Positions 32,828 through 43,900 of a DNA stretch of 64,000 nt are shown here, piece by piece. The notes under the pieces were generated by a model that did no database searches, had not been told where the DNA came from, and saw only the letters and a program-made list of their open reading frames with translations. The DNA lies in the NCBI GenBank assembly GCA_003279655.1, contig QCHI01000003.1, positions 34,641 through 98,640 of the forward strand. The letters are read 5' to 3'. Positions within the stretch are counted from its first letter, which is position 1; each line of letters starts with the position of its first letter. Made by a program: the position numbers and the translations under genes. The stretch is from Prochlorococcus sp. AG-402-A21. Lineage in GTDB: Bacteria; Cyanobacteriota; Cyanobacteriia; PCC-6307; Cyanobiaceae.

Positions 32828-34594
32828 TCAGTCAGTTCTATTTATCTGTAATTCTTTATTCATTACTTTGACTCTCTTTAGAGCTTGAAAAACTTTTTCA
32901 GGCATTTGTTTTGGTAAATCTACAAGGCTGTAATTTTCAAATATCCTTATTCTACCAATCGATCTTCCTTTTAATCCGGCTTCGTTAGCAATTGCCCCAA
33001 CTAAATTTCCAGGCTTAACTCTATCTCGGTGACCAACTTCGACTCTGAATCTGTCCATCTCATCTTCAAGTCTGTTGTTATCAAAATCACCTCTTCGACG
33101 TTGTTTGAATTTATTATCTCTTCGATCATTTCTTGAGTTCCTTTGAGCAGATTGCCTGATCCAATCCTCACTCCCATTCTCAAGGAGTGCATTAAAACCA
33201 ACTGCTAAATTTAACGCGGCAAGAGTTAAGTCTTTTGGATCTATATCTAATTCTCTTTCAACATTTTTTATTAGTTCTTCTAGAATAGTTGACTCCTCTG
33301 GGTTGTCTCTTTCTGTTGAGGCTGCTTTTATTAATTTGGCTTGTAGCTTCTTAATTCTATTGCTGTTGATTAGTTCATTATCTGGTATATCCATTTTCTC
33401 AATTGGTTGACCTACAGCTCTTTCAAGATTACTTAAAAATGATCTTTCTCTTGGATTAACAAAAAGAATTGCCTCACCATTTCTACCTGCCCTTCCAGTT
33501 CTACCAATTCTATGCACATATGCTTCGCGATCAAATGGCATATCATAATTAATTACTAATCCAATTCGATCTACATCAAGGCCTCTTGCTGCGACATCTG
33601 TAGCTACTAAAATATTAATAGAACCCTGTCTTAATCTTTCAACAGTTCGTTCTCTTTGGTTTTGAGGAATATCCCCATTTAAAATAGCTACATTATATCC
33701 ATATGATTCTAATTTTTCCGCTACTACAATTGTAATAGCTTTTGTTCTAGCAAATATTATTACACCTTCTTCTGAAACAGCTTCAAGTACTCTTTGGAGT
33801 GCATTAACTTTGTAAGTATTTTGAACAGTTATATACCTTTGCCTGATAAGTCTTTCCTTTAATTCTGTTGCTTTTATAGTTATTTCTGCAGGACTATTTA
33901 AATATTTTTTTGATAGTCTTCTAATCTCAGATGGCATTGTAGCTGAGAATAAAACTAGTTGTCTCTTATCTGGCAACTGTTCTAAAATCCACTCAACGTC
34001 ATCAATGAAACCCATTCTTAACATTTCATCTGCTTCATCTAGAACCAAACATCCAAGATGACTAGTATTGAGAGTTCCTTGTCGCATGTGATCCATGACA
34101 CGCCCAGGAGTTCCTACCACTACGTCAACTCCCCTTTTAAGCGTGTTGATTTGATTTCGGAAATCAGAGCCTCCATATATTGCAAGAACTTTTAAATGAG
34201 GATGACCCGCTGCATAGGAACGAAATGATTCAGCTACCTGCATAGCCAACTCTCGAGTTGGAGCTAGAACTAAAACTTGTGGATGTCCAATATTTTTTTT
34301 CAATCTTTCCAGGATTGGCAACGCAAATGCGGCGGTTTTACCTGTACCGGTTTGAGCTTGTCCAACTAAATCTCTACCAAGAAGTAATTCGGGAATGGCA
34401 GCTTTTTGAATCGGAGTTGGAGATGAGTAGCCTTTATCAGAGAGTGTTTGAATTAGTTCTTCACTAAAACTAAATTCTGAGAATCCATTTTTTTGATTTT
34501 GAGCACCTTCATCCAATATTTCTTCAGTAGGCTCCGTAAGAACATCCTTATCTACTGGACATGAGGAATCCTCATGTAGATTTTTATTTGTCAT
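32828..34594 (-). CDS. deaD: DEAD-box RNA helicase with C-terminal DbpA-type RNA-binding domain (DeaD/CsdA-like)
   Basis: Q motif PTPIQ, AQTGTGKT, PTRELA, DEAD, SAT, HRIGRTGRAG; C-terminal RFRVEVGHRDRVKPGNLVGAIANE. Confidence 0.9.
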   Translation of the reverse strand: MTNKNLHEDSSCPVDKDVLTEPTEEILDEGAQNQKNGFSEFSFSEELIQTLSDKGYSSPTPIQKAAIPELLLGRDLVGQAQTGTGKTAAFALPILERLKKNIGHPQVLVLAPTRELAMQVAESFRSYAAGHPHLKVLAIYGGSDFRNQINTLKRGVDVVVGTPGRVMDHMRQGTLNTSHLGCLVLDEADEMLRMGFIDDVEWILEQLPDKRQLVLFSATMPSEIRRLSKKYLNSPAEITIKATELKERLIRQRYITVQNTYKVNALQRVLEAVSEEGVIIFARTKAITIVVAEKLESYGYNVAILNGDIPQNQRERTVERLRQGSINILVATDVAARGLDVDRIGLVINYDMPFDREAYVHRIGRTGRAGRNGEAILFVNPRERSFLSNLERAVGQPIEKMDIPDNELINSNRIKKLQAKLIKAASTERDNPEESTILEELIKNVERELDIDPKDLTLAALNLAVGFNALLENGSEDWIRQSAQRNSRNDRRDNKFKQRRRGDFDNNRLEDEMDRFRVEVGHRDRVKPGNLVGAIANEAGLKGRSIGRIRIFENYSLVDLPKQMPEKVFQALKRVKVMNKELQINRTD

Positions 34595-34744
34595 CTAATA
34601 ATGGTTAACCTTGTTGTCCTTCAAATTAGGCAGACAACTTCCGATCGGTATATAACCGTGCTTTGCTGACTCGCCTTGTTAAAGGGATTATATAATTAAT
34701 TTTATCATCTTAAAAATCCTTTTAGGAATAAGTTGATCACATTT

Positions 34745-36466
34745 TTAAAAGTTTTCTTCTTTATTGGTAATTATCAGTAATTGTTTTTTTGCACGTGTTA
34801 TTGCTGTGTAAAGCATTCTTTTTTCATAATCATCAGAATAAAATTTTTTGAGAGTTTTCTCTTCTGAAACTTTTGAGTTACTTGGCCAAAGTAAAAGAAC
34901 TTGATCAGCTTCACTTCCCTGTGCTTTATGAATTGTCATTGCATATGCCGGATCATAAATATTTAACCTTGATGGGTTTATTAATCGGGTTACGAGTCTT
35001 TGATCCTCGGAAAAAACATTAAATAAGAAACGTCTTTTTTCGCCGTTGCCAATAATTATCCCAACGTCTCCATTTGCTAAACCTATTTCAGGTTGATTAC
35101 TTTTTGCCATGATTGGTGTTCCCTCTGCCCACTTGTGTACTTCCTTCTCAAACCCCTTCCCTAAAACGAACTCGTGGATTTTTTTAACGCCCCAGGGCCC
35201 ATGTCTTTGCGGACAAAGTATCAGAAGATTATCTATGAATTCAAAGAGATTTAGTATCTCAATTGTGTGTTCTACCTCAATCATGCTTGATTGCCATGCT
35301 TCAATAGGAATATAATTAATACAATTTTCTGTTAACTTTTTAAGCTTCTTTCTATAGTTAAAAAGAGTTCTAGCTATGGGATCTGGAATATTTTTTAGGG
35401 ATGAAATGTACTGATTTGTATTTGATGAATCTTTTTTCATTGAAAGCAGGTTCCAAAAGGCCTCTACTCCTTTATCTTTTAGCGTATTTCTTAATAAAGC
35501 GATGTCTCCTTTGTTTCGGTATGACTTTGTAAGTTTGACAGAGTTTGATTGGAATTTTGTTTTAGTTTCTTTCCCTAGCAAAATTTGCCATATACCACCA
35601 CTTCCTATCGGTAATAATTGGTCAGGATCTCCTACTAGGATTATTTGACATGATTTTGTTAATGCATCGAGCAATCCATTAATGGTTGATAAGTCAACCA
35701 TTGACATTTCATCAATGACTATTAGATCTAATTTTAATAGACGTTGAGAGTTTCTTCTGAAGCCATTTGGTCCTGCTTCTAACCATTTATGTAATGTTTT
35801 AGAAGGAATATTAGAAAGCTTATCCTTTATAGGATCTTCAAAATCTTCAATACTCGCCTGAATAGTATCTTTTAGTTTTTTTGCGGCTTTCCCTGTTGGA
35901 GCAGCCATTGCGATATCAAGAGTTGGGTTTCTTATTAGCGCTTGTACAAGCATTTGAAGGATCGTACTAGTCTTGCCTGTGCCTGGGCCACCACTTAATA
36001 AGATGATTTGTTTACTTTTAACAAGGTTAACAGCATCTATTTGTTGAATATTTAGATGCTCTAGATTCTTGGCATCAATTTCAAAATGCAATTCATTAGA
36101 TAGATGACTAATAGGTTGATTCCTTACGAGTATTTTATGAATGGTCGCAACTATTTCATTATGTGTGCGACGCCAACTGATCAAATCCCCATTTAAAACT
36201 ATTGGGGAGTTATCCCCTTTAGTCCAGCCACACTTCAATAAGGCTTTCTTATGATGGCTGGGCCAACCTTTATATTTGAGTTCAAGATTTTTAGGGATTT
36301 CCTGCATGTCTATATAAACATCACCTCTTGATAATCCATCCATTAATACGTTTACGATATCAATCAAAGCTTCATTGAACTCTATTGGCGGAAAATAGCG
36401 AACTAGAGTAGTTAATAATGATTTATTTAAATCAGTTGAGAATTTTTTTTTAAAGTGTTCTCTCAT
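34745..36466 (-). CDS. recD: exodeoxyribonuclease V alpha subunit
   Basis: GGPGTGKT, APTGKAA, IDEMSMVD, VGDPDQL, YAMTIHKAQGSE, YTAITRAK. Confidence 0.94.
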   Translation of the reverse strand: MREHFKKKFSTDLNKSLLTTLVRYFPPIEFNEALIDIVNVLMDGLSRGDVYIDMQEIPKNLELKYKGWPSHHKKALLKCGWTKGDNSPIVLNGDLISWRRTHNEIVATIHKILVRNQPISHLSNELHFEIDAKNLEHLNIQQIDAVNLVKSKQIILLSGGPGTGKTSTILQMLVQALIRNPTLDIAMAAPTGKAAKKLKDTIQASIEDFEDPIKDKLSNIPSKTLHKWLEAGPNGFRRNSQRLLKLDLIVIDEMSMVDLSTINGLLDALTKSCQIILVGDPDQLLPIGSGGIWQILLGKETKTKFQSNSVKLTKSYRNKGDIALLRNTLKDKGVEAFWNLLSMKKDSSNTNQYISSLKNIPDPIARTLFNYRKKLKKLTENCINYIPIEAWQSSMIEVEHTIEILNLFEFIDNLLILCPQRHGPWGVKKIHEFVLGKGFEKEVHKWAEGTPIMAKSNQPEIGLANGDVGIIIGNGEKRRFLFNVFSEDQRLVTRLINPSRLNIYDPAYAMTIHKAQGSEADQVLLLWPSNSKVSEEKTLKKFYSDDYEKRMLYTAITRAKKQLLIITNKEENF

Positions 36467-39400
36467 TTTTGTTGTCTTTTAATTAATAAATCTAATTTTT
36501 TAATTCTTTCAATAGGAGCAGATTCGACGATTAAGCCCGGAGTCCTTTGAGGAAAATTCTTTTCTTCTAAATCTCCTTTATCTGGAAGTCCTCTCAAAAA
36601 TACGTAAATGTAACCTCCAAGATGTTTTTGAGGTGAATAATCGGGGAGCCTCCAATTTAAAAATCTATGTAAAGCAAGTAAATATATATGGGCTTGTAGT
36701 GGATAGTGATGATGGTACATTTCTACATCCATTCTGGATATTGAATAATTTGAGGGACCACAAGAAGAATCATCCTCGTTTGATAGCGGACTTCCTATCC
36801 AGTTACTTTTCCAATCTAAAACCCACCATTTAGCAATTTCATGATTTGGGTTGTCTGCAAAAACTTGATCTATGGATCCGGTTAGGAAACCCCTGCTATA
36901 GATATTTAGATTCATCAATTTATTTATATAGTCTGAGCCATATTTATTTTGGACATCTTCTTTAAATATTGATGATAATTCGAGAGTATTGATTGGAGTG
37001 GCTTCATGACAGATTGGAATATCAAATTTTAATTCTTTGATACAGCTTTTAGAATTTAAATTTTTCATTTTAAATTTACCTAAAGGACCACCTAAAGGAA
37101 TATTTGCAATTCTCTTTAATAAAATATTAATCGGTTCAATAAATGAATTACTTATATTAACTATATCTAATTCTTCTTTTATAATAGATGAAACTTTTTG
37201 TTGATTATCAATATCATTGAAATCTATTCTTTCGAGTATTTTATGAAGACAAGTCCCTGCTATAGGGCCTCTAGGAAAATCACTTATAGGACTTTCTTTT
37301 GACCATATCTTATCTTCTGATCTTTCAATACTTTGATCTTCCTCTATAAATATTTGATCAGGTTTCTGGAGAGATCCATCCTCAATTTCATTTTTAAAGG
37401 CAAGGTCTTCATTTGATTCATCTGATAAGTCTTTTAAAATTATTCCGTCATTTTTTTGTGTGATCCATTTTGAAAAACTATACCTTCCCCAACTATTCTC
37501 AAACTGATGCTTAGGAATTACTCCAAGTGATAATTTGATTTCACTTTTAGGTTGAGTCCATGTTTTATTAGTTTCAAATGCTTTCATATCTTGAATATGA
37601 ACTTTTAGCTCCCTTTGCTTGAATGATTTTTTCATCATTTCTTTTGTATGGTCTTCCATGTTTAGATTTATTGATTTAGATCCAAATAAAAATCCTGAAA
37701 GAGGATTCCCTTCTTGACCAGCAGCCTTCGCCCACAGGATTATTAATTGTTTTTTTGCTCTTGTAAAAGCTACGTAAGCTAACCGCTCTGCTTCATTTAA
37801 TGATTCTTTTCTGATGAAATCTAGATATGAACTATATTTTTTATGCCATTTATACTTTTTAGAAATCAATAGGTTTTGATTATCTTTCCATAAATGACTT
37901 TTTTTATCAGGAGGCTTTTGCCACAAGTATGGACAAATTACTATTTTAAATTGAAGTCCTTTGCTCTTGTGGATCGTAATTATATTTATGGAGCTATTAC
38001 TAATGGCACTGTTAGGTTGATATTCTTCAGGTATTGGCTCTATGGACTGGAACCGTTGACTAAAAAGCCATTGAGATGCTCGTAAAGCATTAAATTTCTG
38101 TCGATGGATCTGTTCGTCTGCTAATTGAGAGCTTTGATAAAGATCACTCAATAAAGTTCCTCTATGAGAAAGATCAGCTATTGATTTTCCTTCTAGAAAG
38201 TTTGATAAACAGCCTAATAATCCAATTTTTGGAAATAATTGTGCTAGTTCATGGAACTTCGAAGATAATGAATCAAAATCGCCATTAATTTTTGATTCAA
38301 TAAGTTTTTCCTTCTTCCATTGCATTAGCTCAGAACAAGCTAGTAGGGCAAGTTTTTGTTGGTTATATGGACTTACGATACAGTTAATAAAAATTTGTAG
38401 GATTTGTGCACTCTCTCTAGTAAATATATTTTCATTGCTAAGGAGTTGTGAAGGAATTTTTATTTTTGATAAATAGCTATGGATGTTTTTAGCTTGATCG
38501 TGTCTATTGACTAGTATGCAAATATCGGAGGGATTTAAATCTTTGGGATTATTGGTTAATAGTTCTAATAAATAAGATCCAACAACTTTCGGAATATTAT
38601 CTTCTGTTTTGCTTTTTGACTCTAATTTTATTTTTTGTATTTTTTCTTTTTGGTGAGTGTCTATTAAATTTATTATCTTAAATGGTTCTTTTATTCCATT
38701 TAGTTTTAATGGATCTTCTTGTGAAAATGGCTTAAGTTCTTGAGTTGATAGATTTGATCTTATTAAACCATCAAGAAATAATTTATTTAGTATTAAAATT
38801 AGAGGTTTTGTACTTCTGTAATTAGCATTCATTAAATGAATTTGATCACAAGATTCTCTAGCTTTCATATATGTATTTAAGCTTCCACCTCTGAAACTAT
38901 AGATTGCTTGCTTTGGATCTCCAATCATTAGTAATAGATGTGTTGTTCGATCACCAAAGGCTTCTTTTAGTATTCTTAACTGGACTGGGTCAGTATCTTG
39001 GAACTCATCGATTAATGCTACTTTATATCTAAGTTTTAAGTTCCTATAGATATTATGAGGATTATTTTCATCTTTAATTCTTTTATTATTAGATTTTTGG
39101 GGGTCTAATAATTTAAGTAGATCAGAATAATTTATCAAACCCTTTTTAGATTTTCTTTTTTCAAGCTCTCTCTTAGTCCATAACAAAGCATGTTCCCAAA
39201 CTAATTCACCTGGACTATCATATAATTCTCCTATAATATCTAGAATTGACCTCATTCCTTTTGAACAAGAATCAATTATTTTATACTTCACATCCAATTG
39301 GTAAATATTTTTAGGATGAAAATATTTATTTATAAGGGTTTGATTTTGAATATCTTCATATGATGGTCGCTTTTTGTCTTTATATTTTTCAATCCAGTTA

Positions 39401-40251
39401 CTTAAAAGCTCATAACGATTTTTCCTGGGCTTGGATGAGTATGGCTTTGTGTCTGCAATACCCTGAGATCTTAGATCCTTAGCAATCTCTATAAAGCCAT
39501 CTTCAAGCTCCTGACCCTTTTCTTCCCATATATTCGTAAATTCTATCCATAATGATTCAATATAGTTGTTTAATTGATTTGAAATACTCTCTTCTATTTT
39601 TAGGTCATTAAATGTCTGTTTGAAAATATTATTTGGATCATTATCCAAGGAACTAAGAACTTGAATTAAATTCTTACGATTGAAATTAGTTTTAAATATT
39701 CCTTTTAATTCTGAAATTTCAATTCTTAATACTTCTTTTTTCCAATATTCTTCAACAATTTCATTTATTAGTGCTTCTGAACTTTTCTCGATGGTTAGGT
39801 TTAAATTATGACCATTCTCAATAGCTTCTCTACGTAGGGTTTTACTACAAAATCCATGAATTGTTGTGATGTCTGCGTTGTCAATTCTCTCTAATGCTTC
39901 TAAGAGCAGGGAAGAAATATATAACGCTCTTTCTTTAGATGTAATATTTAACTCGACCCATTCACTTAATACGGTGTCAAGTTGATATGGCTTTATGTCT
40001 GTATTTTTTGATTCAATTATTTTTAAAGCAAGAATTAACCGTTCAATAATTCTTGCTTTTATTTCTGATGCTGTTGCTTCTGTAAAGCTTACAACTAGTA
40101 TTTCGTTTATTGAATATTCTTGTTCAGTCAATAACCTCAAGACAAGATGAGAAAGTGAGAATGTTTTCCCTGTTCCAGCACTGGCTTCTATTAGACGCAT
40201 TCCATTCGTTAAAGGATATTTATTAGCTTGAAATAATTCTATATTGGTCAT
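36463..40251 (-). CDS. recB: exodeoxyribonuclease V beta subunit
   Basis: EASAGTGKT, DEFQD, TIHKSKGLQF, YVAFTRA, C-terminal nuclease ID...DWKS...QAHIY. Confidence 0.95.
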   Translation of the reverse strand: MTNIELFQANKYPLTNGMRLIEASAGTGKTFSLSHLVLRLLTEQEYSINEILVVSFTEATASEIKARIIERLILALKIIESKNTDIKPYQLDTVLSEWVELNITSKERALYISSLLLEALERIDNADITTIHGFCSKTLRREAIENGHNLNLTIEKSSEALINEIVEEYWKKEVLRIEISELKGIFKTNFNRKNLIQVLSSLDNDPNNIFKQTFNDLKIEESISNQLNNYIESLWIEFTNIWEEKGQELEDGFIEIAKDLRSQGIADTKPYSSKPRKNRYELLSNWIEKYKDKKRPSYEDIQNQTLINKYFHPKNIYQLDVKYKIIDSCSKGMRSILDIIGELYDSPGELVWEHALLWTKRELEKRKSKKGLINYSDLLKLLDPQKSNNKRIKDENNPHNIYRNLKLRYKVALIDEFQDTDPVQLRILKEAFGDRTTHLLLMIGDPKQAIYSFRGGSLNTYMKARESCDQIHLMNANYRSTKPLILILNKLFLDGLIRSNLSTQELKPFSQEDPLKLNGIKEPFKIINLIDTHQKEKIQKIKLESKSKTEDNIPKVVGSYLLELLTNNPKDLNPSDICILVNRHDQAKNIHSYLSKIKIPSQLLSNENIFTRESAQILQIFINCIVSPYNQQKLALLACSELMQWKKEKLIESKINGDFDSLSSKFHELAQLFPKIGLLGCLSNFLEGKSIADLSHRGTLLSDLYQSSQLADEQIHRQKFNALRASQWLFSQRFQSIEPIPEEYQPNSAISNSSINIITIHKSKGLQFKIVICPYLWQKPPDKKSHLWKDNQNLLISKKYKWHKKYSSYLDFIRKESLNEAERLAYVAFTRAKKQLIILWAKAAGQEGNPLSGFLFGSKSINLNMEDHTKEMMKKSFKQRELKVHIQDMKAFETNKTWTQPKSEIKLSLGVIPKHQFENSWGRYSFSKWITQKNDGIILKDLSDESNEDLAFKNEIEDGSLQKPDQIFIEEDQSIERSEDKIWSKESPISDFPRGPIAGTCLHKILERIDFNDIDNQQKVSSIIKEELDIVNISNSFIEPINILLKRIANIPLGGPLGKFKMKNLNSKSCIKELKFDIPICHEATPINTLELSSIFKEDVQNKYGSDYINKLMNLNIYSRGFLTGSIDQVFADNPNHEIAKWWVLDWKSNWIGSPLSNEDDSSCGPSNYSISRMDVEMYHHHYPLQAHIYLLALHRFLNWRLPDYSPQKHLGGYIYVFLRGLPDKGDLEEKNFPQRTPGLIVESAPIERIKKLDLLIKRQQK

Positions 40252-40347
40252 ATTTATTTAATAGTGAAAATACTAAAATAAGAACTAGTTACCATGCTCT
40301 CTATTATCCCTTTGTTTTGATGTTTTATATTGCTTATAATTAACATT

Positions 40348-40908
40348 TCAGGATCTCCAATCTAAATATTTTATTTCTTCTAAAATGGCCGGTACTTCTT
40401 TGATATATTTTTTGTATTCAGGAAATTTAATTTTCAGCCTTTCTTCTTCCTTTAAGGCTTTTATTTTTAAAATATAAGCTAATGATATGAGTAGAGATAG
40501 ATGTATTAGACTCAATGAAAAAATACATATTCCCAATGAAATAAATAATAATCCCTTATAAACTGGGTGCCGAACATTTTGGTATGAATTGTTTTTTATC
40601 AGACTCGATTCATTCATTGGATAAGGAAGCGGCGTAATGTTTTCTCCTAAATCTATGAATGCTTTAATGACAATGATTAGACCTAGAATTGAAATTGCTA
40701 ATCCAACAATCATGCAAAAAGTATTTATTGAAAATGCTATATGCTTTATTTTTGGATAGGGAGGTATTAAATGTAGTAGTAGTAATAATATTTGAGAAAA
40801 TAAATACCATTCTCCTTTTGAATTATTAAATAGCCCCTGAGTGCTAAATCCCCATTTTGATAAGATAGCTTTAATATCCTTAAAGAGACTGCTTGTATTT
40901 AGATTCAT
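40348..40908 (-). CDS. isoprenylcysteine carboxyl methyltransferase/PEMT-family membrane protein
   Basis: TPLPYP...SYQNVRHPVY...KEEERL...Y..Y...VP pattern; multi-pass. Confidence 0.8.
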   Translation of the reverse strand: MNLNTSSLFKDIKAILSKWGFSTQGLFNNSKGEWYLFSQILLLLLHLIPPYPKIKHIAFSINTFCMIVGLAISILGLIIVIKAFIDLGENITPLPYPMNESSLIKNNSYQNVRHPVYKGLLFISLGICIFSLSLIHLSLLISLAYILKIKALKEEERLKIKFPEYKKYIKEVPAILEEIKYLDWRS

Positions 40909-40921
40909 TTTAGTTGTTAGA

Positions 40922-43900
40922 TTAGTTGATGTTTATTAGGATTGGTTCATAGAGACTCATTAATACATCATTAAATGATTCAAGGTCTAAAATAGTAGAG
41001 GCTTTGCATTTTTTGCCAAAGCAAAGTTCCATAGTTAGAGTTTCTCTTTCTCCTTTCATATATAAATCACCTTCCCATTTTTTTTGAAATAAATCTTCCT
41101 CATTCTTATTTATATCTTTTGTGGCGAGGGCATAAGCTAGGCCACTTTCTGGTGGTATGGGCCAACAATTTTTTCTTCCTGCGGCTGCTAATAGATGGAT
41201 TTGCCTTAGTATTTCAGTCGCTTCTTTGGTATTGATTGGTAATATTTCCTTGCTTACTTCGAATTTAATATTTTTGCTATTGTCGTTTTTTCTAGAAATT
41301 ATCACTGTTTTATAATTAAATGAACTATTTGCAGACAAATATAAATGATTTAGCCATCCATTCATAAGAGTTTTATATTTTAAACTTCCAACTTCAATTT
41401 GTATTAAATTTTTCCCTCCAAAGTAAAATTCACCCTCTAACTCTTGCATCTCAATGCTCCTTTTTGTGATTTGCCCAGTAGCGTATATTGCGGATACTAA
41501 ATTATTCCATCGCTCCTCAAGGAGATCCTCCTCTATTAATCCAGAGCATTTTGGAGGGAAAACACCTTTACCTGAATAGGTCTCTTTCCAGTAGTTTGAG
41601 TTGTTTTGTATGTTGTTAATTTTTCTGAGATCACTATTTTCTAGTCGATGTTTAAGAAGTTTATATCTTTCTAATTCTGAAAGTTCGAGTAAATCATTGT
41701 CTTCAATAAGATTGACAAATTCTTTGGATTGGATTTCATTCTCTTTTAACCAAGTTATTTGTGGACTGAGTAACCATTCTTTAGTTTTCTCGAAGGAATA
41801 AGATTTTAATTTATTTACGTTTATTTCTTTCCACTTTATCGGTAATGCTAAAGAGACATTTTTAGTCGGTATTGCTTTTTCAAGCCATTCTCTAGCTTCT
41901 AGATTCTTTCTGTCACAACTCATGATTTGTGTATTTTCGGTTTTTATAAAGTTGACATGATCAAGAGGATTCGCTGGTGGCTCAATGAGAATATCTTGAA
42001 AGGTGTTGGCTCCTAATTTGATCTTTAAGTAATTCAACCATTGTTGAATAGGACTTGGAGGTTCAAGATCTTCTCCTGTCTTTTCATCTTTGGAATTCCA
42101 AGAAAGTAAAAGATTTTGACGAGTTGAGATTAAAGCTTCTAATAATGAATAGCGGTCTTTGTCATATTGGTTTGGGTCTCCAAGTTCTCTTTTCCTTTCT
42201 AGGAGATTGAAACTTCTTCTATTATCTATTCTTGGAAAAGTTCTACTTTCTAGTCCCATGACGATGATGATTTGATGAGGGATCGCTCTCATTGGTTCTA
42301 AGGCACTGATCGTAATTTTCCCAGTCCTATGACCAAATTTGCCATTTGTAGAACTTAACGCTTTGGTGATAATGTCTTTGACTACTAAACAATCAATTTC
42401 TAGTTCGCAATTATCTGTTATGAGACCCCAATTATTAACAATAGTTAGTAGTTGTTGCTCTTCCCATGCCCATTCCCCACCATCTCCAAATAAATCTTTT
42501 ACGAGAGATGTTATAAGTTTTATCCATTCTTTACATGAACGATTACTGCGAATTGCATCGATATAATTGCAAAGTTTTGAGAGAATACCCCAAGCTTTTA
42601 TAAGCTCTGTATTTGATATATTCTCGGAATAAGGGGAGATATTGCTTATTCCATTAATTGGATTATCTGGTAAAACGAGTCCAAGTAGAAATCTTTCTAG
42701 ACACCAACAAAGGCTATGAGTTTCTTCTCCAAATCTTTCTGAAGAATCAAGTCCCCAAGTAAAGCCAGCGGATTGAAGGCATTTAGTTATGTCACTCACC
42801 TCGTCAATAGTTATATTCTGTTGTGTTTGTAATGCTGGATTAATTAATAAGTTCTCAAAAATTGATGCAGTTAGACGAGATGCAGAAATCTCTAACAGAT
42901 TCAAGACAAAATGTATTAAACCGACTTTATCTTCTTGACTTCTATCTGTGATTACCCAGGGTAGCTGAGTAGTATTGTGATCTATATTGTTAAACACTGA
43001 GGCAATTATCGATGCATAGCAATCGATTTGTGGTGTCATTATTAGAATGTCTCTGGGTTGCAGTTTCTTGTTATTGGCGAAGAGTTGTAATATATGGTCC
43101 CGTATTAATTCTACTTGCCGATACTTTCCTGGAGATTTAAGGAAAAGTAGTGATTTGTCAGATTTTCCTTTAGTTAAAATACTTTCACTTTTTGTAGATA
43201 ATAGTTCTTGTTGTAGCTGTTCTAATAAATTTGGTTGGTTCCCTTTATTAGTGGCAATATCTGCTGTAAGTGAAAAAATATCTTCCTCATTTCTATCTCC
43301 CAATTGATATTCACCACTCCCTTCTAGCAACTGTTGAAATTCAGCCCCCATCCGTCCAAGGAAGGCCTCAAGTCTTGGAGATTCTAGTAACCATTGTCTG
43401 TCAAGAGGAGTATTCGATGTGTTTCTAAATTGCAGTCTTCTTTCTTCACATCTTTGCCAAAGATCATTGCAGGGGGATATTAGATAAATTTTTATATTTA
43501 TTACTTTTGAAAATGCTTGAATTAAATCTATTTGCAATGGTGCCAGGCTGCTAAGTCCATAGATATAAAGATTTTTTGGATAATCTAGTTTAGAAATATC
43601 ACCTTTCTTTAAACGTTTAATAGCTTCTTCGGCTTGGATGCAGAATGGATCTGTGTTTATCTTTTTATATAATAAATTAAATAATAATTCTTGCCAAAGG
43701 ATATTTTTATTAACATTAATCTCTCTAGAAGTTTTCTTTGTTTTCTTGCTTAACCATTGCTTGATAATTTCAGGTCTATAAAGTATGTAATCATCAAATA
43801 TCTCGGCAATATTGCTTGCTAGATCCCATAAACTCAGATTAATTTGCTCATTTTCTTTCTCGCTTATTTCTAGCCATGATCTAAATATATCTGCTTCTTT

